Below the pieces are notes generated by a model, which was given only the letters and a program-made list of their open reading frames with translations, did not search any database and was not told the DNA's origin. Source: Candidatus Pacebacteria bacterium UBA6180 (GTDB lineage Bacteria > Patescibacteriota > Microgenomatia > UBA1400 > PJMF01). From it: DNA of 64,000 nucleotides. The position numbers and the translations under genes were made by a program. This document shows positions 10,363 to 18,667 of the stretch, piece by piece. The stretch spans positions 35,136 through 99,135 of the forward strand of contig DITQ01000008.1 of NCBI GenBank assembly GCA_002422165.1, written 5' to 3'. Within the stretch, counting starts at the first letter, position 1. Every line of letters starts with the position of its first letter.

Positions 10363-10941
10363 CTAGAGGCTGACCTTGGGGCTTTTTTCCTCATCACTAC
10401 TGACTTCCATGTGAGCGCCGGTCATCGAAGTGGTGATGCCTTTCTCTTCCTGGAAGCCAAACATGTTGGCGACTAAGTTGGAAGGAAAGACGACCAGTTT
10501 CTCGTTGAAGTTCTGGGAGAGGTCGATGACGCTGCGGCGCGCGTAGGTCAGCTTGTCAGCTGTGTCAGTTAGCTCGTCCATGAACTTGGTGATGGCTTCG
10601 TTGGCTTTGAGCTCGGGGTTGCTCTCGACCACCACTTGAATTTGGGGTAGTAAGCCCTGAACTTTTTGGATGGCCTGATCGATGTCTTTGGGCGAGCCAG
10701 AACTGTCGGCTTTGGCGACTGATTGGCGAGCTTCGGTTAACAATTTGTAAATGCCTTGTTCGTGTTTAAGTTGGCCTTTGACGGCGACTTCTAGGTTGGG
10801 AATCAAGCCAGCCTGACGCTTCAATTGATTACCAATTTCTTGAATGCTGGCCTTGATCTGCGTCTTGAGGGTTTGCAGGGAGTTATAAATGCCGACCACG
10901 TAGACGGCGATCAGGGCGAGAGCGATAATTAGATACAACAT
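10363..10941 (-). CDS. lemA: LemA family protein
   Basis: N-terminal TM, YNSL, LIPNL, PELKAN and FPSNLVA motifs. Confidence 0.93.
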   Translation of the reverse strand: MLYLIIALALIAVYVVGIYNSLQTLKTQIKASIQEIGNQLKRQAGLIPNLEVAVKGQLKHEQGIYKLLTEARQSVAKADSSGSPKDIDQAIQKVQGLLPQIQVVVESNPELKANEAITKFMDELTDTADKLTYARRSVIDLSQNFNEKLVVFPSNLVANMFGFQEEKGITTSMTGAHMEVSSDEEKSPKVSL

Positions 10942-11015
10942 AGTGGTGTTCCTTTTCTAACTAATGTGCTTATTAGAAATCTAAGTATAGCATTTTTGCT
11001 TGTAGAAAGTAACTG

Positions 11016-11044
11016 CTGACAAAAGTCCTCCCTTTGTTTATAAT
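11016..11044 (+). promoter_or_regulatory. Sigma70-type promoter of tRNA-Asp
   Basis: CTGACA-N17-TATAAT, 27 nt upstream of the tRNA. Confidence 0.65.
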
Positions 11045-11071
11045 CTAGTTCTTAAAATCTTTGCAGTACTC

Positions 11072-11147
11072 GGCCCCGTGGTGTAGCGGTTAACATGCTT
11101 CCCTGTCACGGAAGAGATCGTCGGTTCGAATCCGATCGGGGTCGCCA
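11072..11147 (+). tRNA. tRNA-Asp(GTC)
   Basis: Cloverleaf GGCCCCG/CGGGGTC, anticodon arm CTTCC-CTGTCAC-GGAAG, GTTCGAATC T-loop, encoded CCA. Confidence 0.97.
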
Positions 11148-11215
11148 TTTGATGAATTAGACTGGCATATAAAGATATATTTATTATCTCAATCTCCAAA
11201 CTTAGTCCTATAATT

Positions 11216-11244
11216 TTGACAAATTAGTCGTATTGTTGTATAAT
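11216..11244 (+). promoter_or_regulatory. Perfect-consensus sigma70 promoter
   Basis: TTGACA (11216-21), N17, TATAAT (11239-44). Confidence 0.8.
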
Positions 11245-11452
11245 TGATTGGTTAATTTATATAGAAACCTAGGGCATTGCGCACTTACGTTTTTTAGAAT
11301 TAACAAAAAACTTGTTCTTTAATAACTTTCTTTGTGATTTTTAGCATTTCGTTGCGAGGGGCATTTTATTTAGGTATTACAAATCTGATATTTAAATAAA
11401 ATGCCACTTGCTTCGGCTTGTGGCAAATCTAAAGAAAGGAGGGCTAATTGAG

Positions 11453-11545
11453 ATGCTTACTACGCGAATAACAATCAGAGTAGTGTCTCTCGGAGATGGC
11501 TTTTACCTGATTTTTATCAGGAAAGTCACCTACATCGCTCTCTAA
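11453..11545 (+). CDS. Putative 30-aa small protein MLTTRITIRVVSLGDGFYLIFIRKVTYIAL
   Basis: AAGGAGG SD at 11436-11442, ATG 11453, TAA 11545; own promoter upstream and terminator directly downstream. Confidence 0.55.
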   Translation: MLTTRITIRVVSLGDGFYLIFIRKVTYIAL

Positions 11546-11553
11546 AGTTCAAA

Positions 11554-11586
11554 AAAAATGACTGCCTGCAAATGGCGGTCATTTTT
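11554..11586. terminator. Intrinsic terminator, probably bidirectional
   Basis: AAAAATGACTGCC-TGCAAAT-GGCGGTCATTTTT, with an A-tract before and a T-tract after. Confidence 0.8.
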
Positions 11587-11601
11587 CGTTTATAAAGGTT
11601 T

Positions 11602-11781
11602 TTGTTCTCGATAACCTCAAAAGAAAATGCTAGCGAAATTGCTGCAGAATTGGGTTTCGTTTTAGACGAAAATTTTATAAATGATTTAGCTAAATTTATT
11701 CAAGAAGTTGTTGGGCCGGCGACTGTAACATCCTTTTTAAGGACGCTAGCAGCTAGTTCCTTTGAAAATTCAAAAAAATAA
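11602..11781 (+). CDS. Possible 59-aa hypothetical protein or gene remnant
   Basis: TTG-start open frame (MFSITSKENASEIAAELGFVLDENFINDLAKFIQEVVG...) with protein-like composition; just below the ORF-track cutoff. Confidence 0.35.
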   Translation: MFSITSKENASEIAAELGFVLDENFINDLAKFIQEVVGPATVTSFLRTLAASSFENSKK

Positions 11782-11825
11782 AAAGTGAGCTAAAGTTTGC
11801 TATAATCTCCATTAAACTATCAACT

Positions 11826-11896
11826 GCGACCGTAGTTCAGCGGTAGAATGCCAGCTTCCCAAGCTTGAGGTGAGGGTTCGACTCCCTTCGGTCGCT
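11826..11896 (+). tRNA. tRNA-Gly(CCC)
   Basis: GCGACCG/CGGTCGC acceptor stem, anticodon loop TTCCCAA, GGTTCGACTC, U73; CCA not encoded. Confidence 0.95.
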
Positions 11897-11901
11897 CAAC
11901 A

Positions 11902-12240
11902 ATGAATCAAAAAATAATTATTCCACTACTGATAATTATCTTGTCGTGTTTATTCTTGATATTATTTTCATCACAAGCCCTAATGCTTTGCTCAGCTCTT
12001 ATACTATTGGCAATTATTAAGCATAAAATTTATCCAATAAAAAAAGAATTATTATGGTATTTGCTTGTTGGTTTCGGAGGGGCATTTGCTGAAATTATTT
12101 TGGTAAATTCTGGAAGCACTTGGCAATATTTGACAGAACATTTTTTTGGTATTCCTATCTGGATACCGTTTTTTTGGGGAGTGCTTGGCACAACGATAAT
12201 AGTGCTGCATGAAGGATTTAATAAGAAAGAAAAAAAGTGA
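11902..12240 (+). CDS. Small multi-pass membrane protein
   Basis: 112 aa, about 4 hydrophobic segments, W-x-Y and GIPIWIPFFW motif; overlaps the next gene (GTGA). Confidence 0.75.
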   Translation: MNQKIIIPLLIIILSCLFLILFSSQALMLCSALILLAIIKHKIYPIKKELLWYLLVGFGGAFAEIILVNSGSTWQYLTEHFFGIPIWIPFFWGVLGTTIIVLHEGFNKKEKK

Positions 12241-12806
12241 AACACCACCAAGTCGCTAAACTAGTTGAGCAAGCTTATCTTGCTTCCAAGCAAAATATTG
12301 CTCTTTGGATGTGGCAAAACCATCTGCAGTTCGTTGCTTGGAAAACTGAAGAGCTCGCCATCAAATTTAATGCTGATGTGGATTTAGCTGTTGCAGGAGC
12401 CCTTTTGCATGATTTTGGCGATGCTTATGTCAGCAGACACTCAAAAGATCACGAAGAAATATCCAAGACAGAAGCAAGCAAAGTTTTGCAGGCAACTGGT
12501 TTTTCTCCTCAGGAAATTCAAATAATCCTAGAAGAAATTATCGCTCCTCACTCTTGCTATCCAGATTTAATGCCACAAACTCTGGAAGGTAAAATTCTGG
12601 CAACTGCCGACGCGTTCGCCCACCTAACCACTGATTTTTACATTCAATTTGCTTGGAAAAACTTGCCAGACGGCAAGTCTTATCAAGAGTTTTTAGTTTG
12701 GGTGAATGAAAAATTAGAGCGCGATTACAACGACAAGATTTTTTTTGAGGAAATTAAGAATGAAGCACGAGAAAAATACTTGGCTTTGAAGTTGGTTTTT
12801 GGTTAG
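12237..12806 (+). CDS. HD-domain metal-dependent phosphohydrolase
   Basis: H...ALLHDFG...H...ADA HD-superfamily pattern. Confidence 0.85.
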   Translation: MKHHQVAKLVEQAYLASKQNIALWMWQNHLQFVAWKTEELAIKFNADVDLAVAGALLHDFGDAYVSRHSKDHEEISKTEASKVLQATGFSPQEIQIILEEIIAPHSCYPDLMPQTLEGKILATADAFAHLTTDFYIQFAWKNLPDGKSYQEFLVWVNEKLERDYNDKIFFEEIKNEAREKYLALKLVFG

Positions 12807-12875
12807 GTAATCTGAGTCTGCGGTATCCCCCACTTTTCTTAAAGTGTAGTAAAATTACTTTAGCTTTTTAGCGAA

Positions 12876-13031
12876 GTGAATTTAAATAAAAATGATCCAT
12901 TGAAGTCGCAGAATTAAACTTTAATTGGGAAATTAGGCTTTTAACTGCGACTTCATTTGAGCGAAAAAAAGATTGTTTGTTCGAGTTATCAGAATTTTTC
13001 GTCAAGCGCGATCAGTTTTATTTAAATTCAC
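12876..13031 (+). repeat. Structured ~156-nt three-way-junction element, copy 1 (candidate ncRNA or palindromic mobile element)
   Basis: Perfect 16-bp terminal IR (12876-91/13016-31) and internal hairpins 12901-12955 and 12957-13005; homologous to the reverse complement of 18665-18832. Confidence 0.75.
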
Positions 13032-13036
13032 GCAGC

Positions 13037-13109
13037 GCCAAAGTAGCTCAGTTGGTAGAGCAACGGTATCGTAAACCGTGGGTCGTGGGTTCGACTCCCA
13101 CCTTTGGCT
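13037..13109 (+). tRNA. tRNA-Thr(CGT)
   Basis: GCCAAAG/CTTTGGC acceptor stem, ACGGT-ATCGTAA-ACCGT anticodon arm, GGTTCGACTC; CCA not encoded. Confidence 0.95.
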
Positions 13110-13143
13110 CAAATATAGTAATATAGTATAAGGCAAAATAATT

Positions 13144-13908
13144 ATGTCCAACTCCAGCCGCTATTCTTCCATTTACCAGCATAAACACGACCGTCGTCAC
13201 ATGGCTTCTTCGCGTCTGGTCAAAAAAGAAAAAAATAAAATTCAAAAGCAAACTTTTGCTTATCTATTTTTCGGTATAGCAATTCTCTTGCTCTTCATTT
13301 TCTTGATTGTGCCCAATCTAATTCGCCTCTTTTTTGCGATTATTGACAAAGATTCGCCTTTTGTCGAAAGCGATACTGTGCCCCCACAAGTGCCGGTTTT
13401 GTCAAGCACGCCAGTTGAAGCCACTTTTTCGGCTACGCTTGATCTAGTTGGCTTTGCCGAAGCCGACAGCACAGTGGTCTTTTTGCTCAACGGAGGTAAG
13501 AGCGCCGAGGTCAAAGTAGACGGCGAAGGCTCTTTTACCCATGAGCTAGCCTTGGCAGAGGGCCAAAACGAACTGTCGATTTTTGGAGTTGATGAGGTTG
13601 GCAACGAGTCACTCAAGACGCGTACTTATCAGATTGTCTACGATAACGAAGCGCCTTTTTTGGAACTCGAAGAGCCTAAGGATGGTAGTGTCATCGAGCT
13701 CAAGAAAAACCGCACCCTTGCTATCAAGGGGATGACTGAGCCAGAAGCGCGCTTGCTAATCAACGATCGCCTGGTTATGGCTGATTTGGAGGGCAATTTT
13801 AGTAGCAATTACTACTTGGCAGAAGGTAAAAACGAACTCAAGTTTGTCATCACCGACAAAGCTGGCAATCGTACCGAGCGCACTATCGAAGTGGAATTTC
13901 GCCTCTAG
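13144..13908 (+). CDS. Membrane-anchored protein with Ig-like beta-sandwich repeats
   Basis: Basic N-terminus, single TM, two repeats ending L.EG.N...D..GN. Confidence 0.75.
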   Translation: MSNSSRYSSIYQHKHDRRHMASSRLVKKEKNKIQKQTFAYLFFGIAILLLFIFLIVPNLIRLFFAIIDKDSPFVESDTVPPQVPVLSSTPVEATFSATLDLVGFAEADSTVVFLLNGGKSAEVKVDGEGSFTHELALAEGQNELSIFGVDEVGNESLKTRTYQIVYDNEAPFLELEEPKDGSVIELKKNRTLAIKGMTEPEARLLINDRLVMADLEGNFSSNYYLAEGKNELKFVITDKAGNRTERTIEVEFRL

Positions 13909-15032
13909 CTTTTGATTGTTTTTCTACTCCACCAGAAACCGAGGAAAATTAACCAAACGAAGCTCTGACTGAGATTATGGTTAAACATGGCGTGTACCAG
14001 CAGGCTGCTGAGAAGCACCCACTGTTCTCGGTTTGCTAGAGCTAGAGTTTGCCAGAGTAAAATCAAAAGTAAGCCACTGCCTAGCAAGCCTAAATTGGTA
14101 AGCAAAAAAACTACTAAATTGTCAGCGAAGTGAGCGTGAATTGGAGTTCTGCCTCTTTCGAGCTCCAAATTGCGCGAAGGAATGTACAGGCCTCGCCCAA
14201 TGAGCCAGTCTGCCCCTCGCATGCTCTGTAAAATTTGCGCGTCGCCTGAGAGCCGCAGTTGAACTGATTGTCTGCGCAGCAGATCAACGCCATCTCCCCC
14301 ACTATGGCGAGGCAAAAATGGCCAGCTTGCTATAAAAACAGCCAAGAACACTAGTAAAGCTTTTTTGTTGGCATCTTGGTCGGTGAATAAATAAAAAAGT
14401 GTACTAAACAATAAAGCCAGGTAAGCCGCTCGCGCATAAGTAAGCAGCAAACCAAGGGCAAATAGACTAATCATTAGCCAATTTTTCTGTTTTTGCCAGA
14501 GATAGAAGTTGAGGTTGAAGACGAAAATTAGCCCCAGAAATGAAGGGTCCAAGATCGTGCTGCTCATGCGGTAGAAATGATCGTCAAAGCCTGCATGAAC
14601 CAAAAATCGTAAATCCGGCAAGAAAAAATATTGGAGAAAACCGAGCACTAAGAGGTTAAAGGATATCAGTCGCCACGGCCAATTGGCCCATGCAAGCTTT
14701 TTTTGTAGCAAAAAAACGAAAGCGAGGTAGGCGAGCAGTCGCCCCACGTACAGTAATGCTCGCCAATCGAAGCGATTTTGCGAAAAAGCTAACAACCAGG
14801 CAGAAAAACAACTCAGCACCAATAGGTAAAAGATTTTTTTTGAATTTTTTGGAATTTTTTTCCACTTTTCAATAATTTTTTTTCGCTGCACAATTGCCGC
14901 AAAAAGCTGCCATGACAAAAAACCAAAGACCAATAAATCGTGCAAGTAAAATGCGAGATTAGTGTTTAACTGCAAGCGCTGTAACTGACCAAGCGACAAT
15001 AAAAAAATAAAGGCAACTAAAAAGAATTTCAC
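13905..15032 (-). CDS. O-antigen ligase/polymerase-like membrane protein
   Basis: Multi-TM; R...DP.FLG, LLTYARAAYLA and periplasmic loop ending ADN; next to a flippase. Confidence 0.75.
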   Translation of the reverse strand: MKFFLVAFIFLLSLGQLQRLQLNTNLAFYLHDLLVFGFLSWQLFAAIVQRKKIIEKWKKIPKNSKKIFYLLVLSCFSAWLLAFSQNRFDWRALLYVGRLLAYLAFVFLLQKKLAWANWPWRLISFNLLVLGFLQYFFLPDLRFLVHAGFDDHFYRMSSTILDPSFLGLIFVFNLNFYLWQKQKNWLMISLFALGLLLTYARAAYLALLFSTLFYLFTDQDANKKALLVFLAVFIASWPFLPRHSGGDGVDLLRRQSVQLRLSGDAQILQSMRGADWLIGRGLYIPSRNLELERGRTPIHAHFADNLVVFLLTNLGLLGSGLLLILLWQTLALANREQWVLLSSLLVHAMFNHNLSQSFVWLIFLGFWWSRKTIKS

Positions 15033-16264
15033 TCTAGACTTTTCTTGGCTCCGTAGAGGGCAATCGGTAGAGTCAAACCTCTAGCCAACACTACACCGAT
15101 TACTGCTCCTAGCAAGCCATGGCTGCGACCAAGCAGCATAATTAGAGCAACCATTAATAATAGAGAGCTAATCATGTGAAGATTGAGATAGAGATATTGT
15201 TTTTTGGCTACTAGCAGGGAGTAGGTCAAATTAGCCACAGTGTGAATTAACCCAGCCAGAGCTAGCCAGGGAACGATTTTCGTCGCTTCTAGCCATTTGT
15301 CACCAAGCAGTAGTCTCACCAGTAAATCAGGAAAAAAAAGTAACGGCAGCGATAGAAATCCAGCTAAGGCTAAGGTTGAAAAAACTGATTTATAAAAAGC
15401 TCGTCTTAGCCGAGCTTGCTCTCTATCTTGAATCAGTTTGCTAAAAATAGGCATGATGCCGTGATAGGCGGACTTCGAGAGCTCATAGTTGACCTTATGG
15501 CTCAGAGCATAGGCATTGTGATAAATACCCAAGCGGTGAGTGCCGACAATTTTACCAAGTAGAAAATCATCTGCATTGTCGTTGAGGTAGTTAAGCAAAC
15601 TGCTCAGGCTGAGCCAACGCGCATTTTGAAAAATCATTAATCCACGACTCTTGATGTAGTGGAAAACAGGTCGCTCGTTCAACATCAGGAAAGACAAAAT
15701 CACTTCAAAAGCTGCGGCCACGATCACTCCAAAAATTAGTGCCCAGACAGATTGGAGCCAGAAGGCTAAGGCAATTTGAGTTGAAGCTTCGATGAGCAAG
15801 CGTAGTGAGGCAAATAAGCTATCCCGAGCAAATTGGAGGTTTTTTTGCCAGCTGATGATGGCAGGATTGATAAAGCCCTTGATGATTGGTACCAAGGAAG
15901 CCACAGCGATCATGGGTATAAGTGTGGCTTCACCATAATAATTGGCTATTAGATAGCCCATGATGATCATGAGTGTTCCGATGATAAAACCGCGAATAAT
16001 GGAAATCACAAAAGCAGTATCGAGAAAATATCGAACCGGCTGTTTAGATTGCAAGATGGTAATGTTGACTCCAGTTTGAGTGAAGCTTTCGGTCGTTCCT
16101 AGAGCGATCATGACCAGCGAAAATAAACCAAATTGCTCAGGAGTCAACAAACGCGCCAAGACGAAAATCTTGACTAAGCTAAGTCCAGCGGTCAAAATTT
16201 TTTGGGCAGTTTGCCAGCTAAAACCAGCGATAGCGTGTTTTTGGTAACCCATGGTTAGTTTCAT
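15029..16264 (-). CDS. Wzx-type polysaccharide flippase
   Basis: LARLLTPEQFGL, D.FLLGK..G...LGIY and LLGDKW patterns. Confidence 0.9.
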   Translation of the reverse strand: MKLTMGYQKHAIAGFSWQTAQKILTAGLSLVKIFVLARLLTPEQFGLFSLVMIALGTTESFTQTGVNITILQSKQPVRYFLDTAFVISIIRGFIIGTLMIIMGYLIANYYGEATLIPMIAVASLVPIIKGFINPAIISWQKNLQFARDSLFASLRLLIEASTQIALAFWLQSVWALIFGVIVAAAFEVILSFLMLNERPVFHYIKSRGLMIFQNARWLSLSSLLNYLNDNADDFLLGKIVGTHRLGIYHNAYALSHKVNYELSKSAYHGIMPIFSKLIQDREQARLRRAFYKSVFSTLALAGFLSLPLLFFPDLLVRLLLGDKWLEATKIVPWLALAGLIHTVANLTYSLLVAKKQYLYLNLHMISSLLLMVALIMLLGRSHGLLGAVIGVVLARGLTLPIALYGAKKSLE

Positions 16265-16375
16265 ATTCTAATCTAGTTATAATGCTAGTTACAATACCGC
16301 TTGCAAGCCAGCTTGTCCAAGTAGTAAACTTAAATCCAGTTTTTATTTCGTCACGAATCTATAATTTGACCTTAT

Positions 16376-16963
16376 ATGAATAACATTTTTAGTAAAATTG
16401 GCGCCACTTTCCTTGATCTAATCGAAACGCTGGCAATCTCTTTTTCAATTTTTTTGGTGGTTTATCTGTTTTTCCTCCAACCTCATCAAGTTAATGGTCA
16501 ATCCATGGTGCCTAACTTTCAAAGTGGTGAGCATGTTTTGACTGATAAAGTAACTTATAAAATTCGTGAACCAGCTCGAGGGGAAATTGTGGTCTTTCAC
16601 GCTCCGCCAGACGCTAATTGTCCAGAAGGCACAGGCTGTGATTTCATTAAACGCATTTTAGCAGTTCCTGGAGACACAGTAGAGGTCAAAGAAAACGCGA
16701 TTTGGGTCAATGGTAACAAATTACCAGAGCCCTACATTCCTGCAGACTATCCAATTTTGCCTGGCAACGCCACCAAAGATAAAAGCGTTTACTTGGGTTT
16801 GGATGAGTATTTCGTCTCCGGTGACAATCGCCCCTACTCCAGCGATTCACGAGCTTGGGGAGCAATTCACAAGTCGGATATTATTGGTCGAGTATTTTTC
16901 AGGTATTGGCCAGTTTCAGCTGTTAGTCCAATAGTTAAGTCAGAATATCCGGATCCTTTTTAA
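16376..16963 (+). CDS. lepB: Signal peptidase I
   Basis: GQSMVPN (Ser), FIKRI (Lys) and GDNR..SSDSR. Confidence 0.95.
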   Translation: MNNIFSKIGATFLDLIETLAISFSIFLVVYLFFLQPHQVNGQSMVPNFQSGEHVLTDKVTYKIREPARGEIVVFHAPPDANCPEGTGCDFIKRILAVPGDTVEVKENAIWVNGNKLPEPYIPADYPILPGNATKDKSVYLGLDEYFVSGDNRPYSSDSRAWGAIHKSDIIGRVFFRYWPVSAVSPIVKSEYPDPF

Positions 16964-17660
16964 TCTTAATTTTCGCTAAATCGATGACCATAGCTTTTTT
17001 CACGTGAAATTTGTCGATTTTGGTGCGGCGCAAACTGGTGACGTGAGCTCCCACTCCCAGTTTCCGTCCCAGATCATGAACTAGAGAGCGAATGTAAGTG
17101 CCACTTGAGCAGGCAACCTCCAGAGTGCAGTGGAGGTTTTTGTTTTTCACGTCTTTTTTGAAGGAAATAAGCTTGAGTTGGTGAATTGTCACTTGGCGAC
17201 TAGGTAATGTGACACTCTCGCCGCGGCGAGCTTTATCATAAAGTTTCTGACCAGCGATTTTGACTGCCGAAAAAATTGGGACAGTTTGATTTATACAGCC
17301 GCGAAATTCTTTAAGGGCTTTTTCTACAGTTGCTTTCTCGATTGCGCTGACACTCTTCCAGTCGGTTCTACTGGTGACTTGTCCGGTTCGATCGTAGCTG
17401 TCGGTAGTGAATCCGAGTTTGGCAGTGACCAGGTAGGTTTTGTCTTTTTTTAGGTACTGACTCTGAAGCTTGGTAAATTCGCGCCCTACTAGAATTATCA
17501 GCAAACCAGAAGCCAAGGGATCAAGGGTGCCGGTGTGACCGACCCGTTTAATGCCGCTTAAACGGCGAAAATAATTGACCAAGGTGTGACTGCTGGGTCC
17601 TTCTGGCTTATCAACCAAGTATACACCAGGTGTGATAGGGGTTGTGGTTGTGTTCGGCAT
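16935..17660 (-). CDS. truB: tRNA pseudouridine(55) synthase (short form, no PUA domain)
   Basis: VGHTGTLDPLASGLL, SAVK..G..LY and CSSGTYIRSL. Confidence 0.96.
   Translation of the reverse strand: MPNTTTTPITPGVYLVDKPEGPSSHTLVNYFRRLSGIKRVGHTGTLDPLASGLLIILVGREFTKLQSQYLKKDKTYLVTAKLGFTTDSYDRTGQVTSRTDWKSVSAIEKATVEKALKEFRGCINQTVPIFSAVKIAGQKLYDKARRGESVTLPSRQVTIHQLKLISFKKDVKNKNLHCTLEVACSSGTYIRSLVHDLGRKLGVGAHVTSLRRTKIDKFHVKKAMVIDLAKIKIKKDPDILT
16996..17011. promoter_or_regulatory. parS-like site (variant TTTTTCACGTGAAAAA, 2 mismatches)
   Basis: TTTTTCACGTGAAATT inside truB. Confidence 0.4.
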
Positions 17661-17704
17661 TAGCCTATTATAACCCCCTCCTACTCATGGTAGAATGAAA
17701 ATCT

Positions 17705-18667
17705 ATGGACACCGTAGGACTTTTTCGCCAGAACTTTCCAGATTTGGAGCTGTCTTTTAATTATCCTTTGACAGACAAGAATTATTTCAAATTGGGAGGC
17801 AGGGCGGAAGTTTTTTATAGTGCTCGCTCGAAGCAGGAAGCGATTTCTCTAGCTATTTTTTGTAAACAGCAAGGTATCAAGCTGACTATTCTTGGCGGCG
17901 GCAGTAACGTCATCATCGCTGACGAGGGCTTGTCTGGCTTAGTTCTACAATTAGCATTTCGGGAACTGACTTTCATCAGCGAAAACGAGCAGAGCCTAAC
18001 TCTGCAAGCCGATGCAGGCATCAAAACTTCTGCGCTGGTGGCCAGAGCAGCAGCCAAGAACGCTACTGGCCTGGAAGGATTTATCGGAGTGCCTGGTGTG
18101 CTTGGAGGAGCTATTTACAACAATGCTCACTATTTGGGTTTCTTGATTGGCGACTATATCACTCAGGTTGAAGTTTTTGACGTGAAAAAGGAAGAGACAG
18201 TTGTTTTTACACGTGAAAAATGTCAGTTTGCATACGAAAAATCGATTTTTCAAAGTGAAAAAGATTTAATTATATTTTCTGCATATTTCGAGCTAAAAAA
18301 AGCTTATCCAGATTTGATCAAAAGCAATTTACAATCAGCCATCAGTGAACGCGAGCGCACTCAGCCTTTGGCTCAGCCAAGTTGTGGTTGTGTCTTCCAA
18401 AACCCGCCCAACACTGAAGCCTTGCGTGAGCTCTTTCCTCAATTTAAGGAGCGCGACTTCATTCCAGCTGGTTTTTTGATTGACCAAGCCGGCTTGAAAG
18501 GCTTGCGCGAAGGTGACATTCAGGTTAGCGAGAAGCACGCTGCCTTTTTTATCAATCTGGGTCAGGGCCAAGCCAGTCAAGTCAAAACCTTGATTGCCAA
18601 AGTCAAAGCAAGTGTTTTGGCAAAATTTAATGTTATTCTAGAAGAAGAAGTTTTTTATCTGTCGTAG
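17705..18667 (+). CDS. murB: UDP-N-acetylenolpyruvoylglucosamine reductase
   Basis: LGGGSN, G.PG..GGA...NA, S.GCVF.NP and VSEKHA.F. Confidence 0.95.
   Translation: MDTVGLFRQNFPDLELSFNYPLTDKNYFKLGGRAEVFYSARSKQEAISLAIFCKQQGIKLTILGGGSNVIIADEGLSGLVLQLAFRELTFISENEQSLTLQADAGIKTSALVARAAAKNATGLEGFIGVPGVLGGAIYNNAHYLGFLIGDYITQVEVFDVKKEETVVFTREKCQFAYEKSIFQSEKDLIIFSAYFELKKAYPDLIKSNLQSAISERERTQPLAQPSCGCVFQNPPNTEALRELFPQFKERDFIPAGFLIDQAGLKGLREGDIQVSEKHAAFFINLGQGQASQVKTLIAKVKASVLAKFNVILEEEVFYLS
18174..18220. promoter_or_regulatory. Pair of parS-like sites inside murB
   Basis: TTTTTGACGTGAAAAA (18174-89) and TTTTACACGTGAAAAA (18205-20), each 1 mismatch from the palindrome TTTTTCACGTGAAAAA. Confidence 0.5.

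Noticed and set aside
11390-11401. ATTTAAATAAAA shared between the 11354 hairpin and the 12876 element
   Set aside because: Low-complexity AT sequence and the rest does not align.
13048-13251. 67-aa minus-strand ORF
   Set aside because: Antisense to tRNA-Thr and the next gene.
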